Positions 36,031 to 39,552 of a stretch of 39,552 nucleotides of DNA are shown in pieces. Position 1 is the stretch's first letter, and each line of letters starts with the position of its first letter. The position numbers were made by a program, and so were the translations under genes. The stretch is from Paraspadella gotoi (Eukaryota > Animalia > Chaetognatha). Below the pieces are notes generated by a model that worked only from the letters and a program-made list of their open reading frames with translations, was not told where the DNA came from and did no database searches. The stretch spans positions 48,945 through 88,496 of the forward strand of contig CM119267.1 of NCBI GenBank assembly GCA_051294375.1, in the 5' to 3' direction.

Positions 36031-38889
36031 TGTGAATGTCTATTCCTTTTATCTTTCTCTCTCTCTCTCTCTCTCTCCTGTTTTGTCTCGACTTGAACGC
36101 AAAAACTTTTCGTGCTCACGACGGGAGCACCGAGAGAGCCATCCTCGCGGGCTGCCGAGCGGTATGAGGAGAAATAGAAAAAATTTGTTGCAGCGGGGCG
36201 GCATTTAAAAAGACGGACTGGAGGTGGTTGAACGAAGGTTCTGACCTCCAATCGGAGGAGAGCTTTGGGAGAAATCGAAACCTATCACCGGTCCCAATCG
36301 GGAAGACACAGAGAATTCTGAGATAGATGCAAAAGCTGCTAGAGGAGGATACGAGTAACCGTCCTGGAATGATAGTCATGTGGGTACGAGATATGACGAG
36401 AAACAGGGATACGCGGGAGCATGAAACGCGATATAGAGAGAACCGATATATCCGCATTGATATAGTAAACTCCCCTCGCGAAGAATTTTCGACTATATCT
36501 GCCACTTGAAGAAATTTGACTTACTTGCAAGTTTCTGTTCAGAATTTATTGTTACATCTCGGTATTTACTCCGTGTTGTTCCTCAGATAAAAATATATGT
36601 AGATAAATAAGAATAAAAAGTGATATCAGAGTAAGGGATGAGTCGAATATTTTCATACGTGATAGCCGCAGTCGAAGAATGGGGAATGGTCTTCCATTGA
36701 AAGCTGTTGTTTGCTAGGAGAATAGAATGAAAAACAACTTTAGTTTGATTATGGTTGCCCGCAAAGGTTACGAGATGTTCGAACTGAGGGACGCCAGCGG
36801 ATCCCTCCTCCTCCGATGCTATATGGAACCGAGAGAGCTCGATCTATTGCCTTCTCATCCAAGTCTAACGTTTTCTGAAAACCGGAGTGGAAGAGTGAAA
36901 AAATACAACGGAAAAATTTGCAACTCGGTCACCGCGAGAATCTCGAACAATTACTGCAACGCGTCGGCCCTCAAAGATGACGTTTACGGGAATTGGATAG
37001 AAGAGTTCAAGTTTGTAAAAAATATAGTATGAGAATAACCATATATTCGCGTACTTTTCTAACTTAAATTTTATTCTGACAGATAAAAACCGGAGTTGAA
37101 GAGTGAAAAAAATACGGAACGGGAAGGCCAAAATTCTGGACAACTCTGGTCAAGGAGAATTTGCGGAAAATTCTAGACTCCACGCTAATCAATCCGGAGG
37201 CCAACCGCCCATGAGAAGAAAGTATAAAACTCTGTGTAAAAAGAGATTTAAAGATTTTTCACGTCCGGTTTTCCACAAATTTCCTCGTCTGGAAACCAGG
37301 AGGAGAGGAGGAAAGAAAGAGAAGAAGGTCGAAAGTTTTAAGACAGCCAGAAAAGGAAATGCAACGTGAGCGTGTCAAGAGAAGAAATATGCGAATTCTC
37401 ACTCAAAGGTGCGGAAACATATAGAAATGAATGTAAAAGGAGAGAAAAAAGATAGAGTAAGTTAAAACAGATATAACTAGATAATTTTTATGGTGATATT
37501 TTTTTTTTTGGTAGTAAAGTAGTACCCGGAAAAAAACATTTCCGTAACTTCTTATTATAAGTGTAAATATATTACTGAAAAACCGGTGGCTGAAGGAGAG
37601 GTTCTGAAAAGAGGTATTTTAGACGTGCCAATTTTTACAATCAGAAATTTCTCTGAATTTTGTCAAGGAGAAAATTTATCGGAAATTTGCTTCCAACAGA
37701 TACAAAATGAACCAACATAGAACCAGGAAAAACTCATTATATAAAGGAAGATAATAAAATACTCCCTCAATATTAAACTAAAAACTGAGCTTCACAAATT
37801 TTTTCATGGAAACCGAGAGTCCGGCGCGATATACTAAGACAGCATAATTCTAGGCCAGGCATGAAATGTAACGTTTCTAACTAAAACATAAAAAGGTGAG
37901 TCAAGGAGATCATATTTTTTCGCTTGAAAAAAAAAATCATCTCATATCAGGACCTATCCCACTTAAACCCTCAACTTAAACCCACCCTTACCAGACATAA
38001 CAAAAACCAAAGAAAGTATACATTACCTTTCAATAAGGTTAGTTACGAGGAATGGACTAAAACAAGTCTCCGGATTACAAACTTAAATACTTTATTCCAC
38101 CGAATATCAATAAACACTTGAGAAAAATATCAACTATTCTGGCGGTTTGGTCAATTTCAACTATATCTCTCTTTCTCTAACTCTCATAAAATATTCCCCG
38201 TCAATGCGCCCAGAAGATGCGATGGGAGAGCTGCACCTCCGCTCCCCACCTATACTGAACTTTTGGTACCGCTTGGAGGCCGTGGCGGTCTATGTCGACG
38301 ATGCACATCTGCGGTCGGTTTCGGCCCGCGCGCGCCGAGAAAATTGAAGGAGAAAGAGGCGGTGAACGGAGAACAGAGAAAGATTGGAGAAGGACAAAGG
38401 GAGGAAGAGGAAAAAGAGGGAGGCCGTCGGCGCCCGCGGGGTTGTATGTGCGACGGATACAAAGATAAACGCTCACCGCGCCACTCGGGTTGATAAGACC
38501 TCCGCGCCCGCGAAAGGAGGGAAAGCGAGGGAAAGAAAGATACGTGACCGGAAAGAGGAGAGGAACAGAAAAAGGAAGTGCAGCAGCGGGCCGACCGGAT
38601 TCGGTGGCCGACGCGTCTCAGTGATCCGGACCGGACATAGACCAACAGGTCTGGTCTCCTCCGGGAAATGGGGCCGAGGAAAGAACGGAAGGGAAGCGAA
38701 AGAAAGCATCTCGGAAAGGAAAAGGAGAGGATTAGCGGACGCCCAGTGGATAGGGCNNNNNNNNNNNNNNNNNNNNNNNNNCCCTTTCCTCTTTCCCTCA
38801 TTTCCCGCGGGACCGTCATCGCCACGCCTTCCTCTTTTTCGCGGAGCAATTAAGTTGTTCACTCGTCGCGACGGTAAAAAAAATGCTGT

Positions 38890-39244
38890 CCTCAAATTAT
38901 CTGGCATTGCATAAAAGGTGATATCAGCATTGTGGCATCAAATTGTCTGGCAATGCGTACAAAGTGACATCGACATTGTAACATCAAATTAACTGGCTAT
39001 GCATACATGGTGATATCAACATTGTGACATCAAATTATCTGGAAATGCGTACAAGGTGATATATATTTTGTAACATCAAATTATCTGGGATTGCGTACAG
39101 GATGATAATAACATTGTGACATCAAATTATCTGGCAATGCGTACAAGGTGATATCAATAATGCAACATCAAATTATCTGGAAATGCGTACAAGGTGATAT
39201 CAATTTTGCAACATCAAATTATCTGGTATTGCGTACAAGGTGAT
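38890..39244 (+). repeat. 46-bp tandem array, ~7.7 units
   Basis: TCAAATT starts at 38892, 38938, 38984, 39030, 39076, 39122, 39168 and 39214 (exact 46-bp period); consensus CATCAAATTATCTGGCAATGCGTACAAGGTGATATCAACATTGTGA. Confidence 0.95.
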
Positions 39245-39552
39245 TGCAAACTTCCGCTCATTGAAAATCCGCAAATGTTTTTTTTTAAATTTTTCATCTT
39301 AAACTTTTTTCCGTTGAAGAGGAAAGCGATTTAGTGAAAGCAAAGCTTCGTTCCTTCTGTTCTTTTGTTCTTTTGTTCTTTTTGTTCTTTTGTCATTGAA
39401 ACTTAATTGTGTAGACGAAAGAGAAAGGGGAGGAGGAAGAGGAGGAGGGGGAGGAAGAGGAAGAAGAGGAGGAAGCGTCTTCCAGGAGGAAAAGGAATTA
39501 ATCAAAATTTTTAGCTTCGATTCAGTTTTATGATAATTTGGAATCCCATCAA

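Overview
Eukaryotic, most likely invertebrate-animal, draft scaffold. Evidence: GT-AG introns, a three-finger protein gene, AGGTCA-rich and TTAGGG-like repeats, and dense (GA)n/(TTTC)n/(GAC)n microsatellites. It has four 25-N gaps, two larger gaps and several stretches with indel noise typical of unpolished long reads. Almost all supplied ORFs are low-complexity artefacts. Two protein-coding systems emerge only by manual reading of the minus strand. (1) A complete 3-exon, 155-aa, 10-cysteine Ly6/uPAR (three-finger) gene, complement(join(16819..16940,17417..17591,21350..21520)), with a signal peptide and a GPI-type tail whose hydrophobic core is encoded by a (GTC)10 microsatellite. (2) A frameshifted ~4 kb Polinton/Maverick-like module (~30600-34730): two small ORFs, a retroviral-type integrase, a probable minor capsid (penton) and possibly the start of the major capsid. 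The rest is dominated by foldback/inverted-repeat structures (1-2069, 7128-9535, 28515-29480), a tRNA-derived SINE with a 13-bp TSD, a possible solo LTR, minisatellite arrays (31, 44, 46 and 61 bp, three sharing a motif) and a ~2.3 kb tandem duplication across a gap that is probably an assembly or haplotype artefact. All homology calls are motif recognition by eye; no searches were run.
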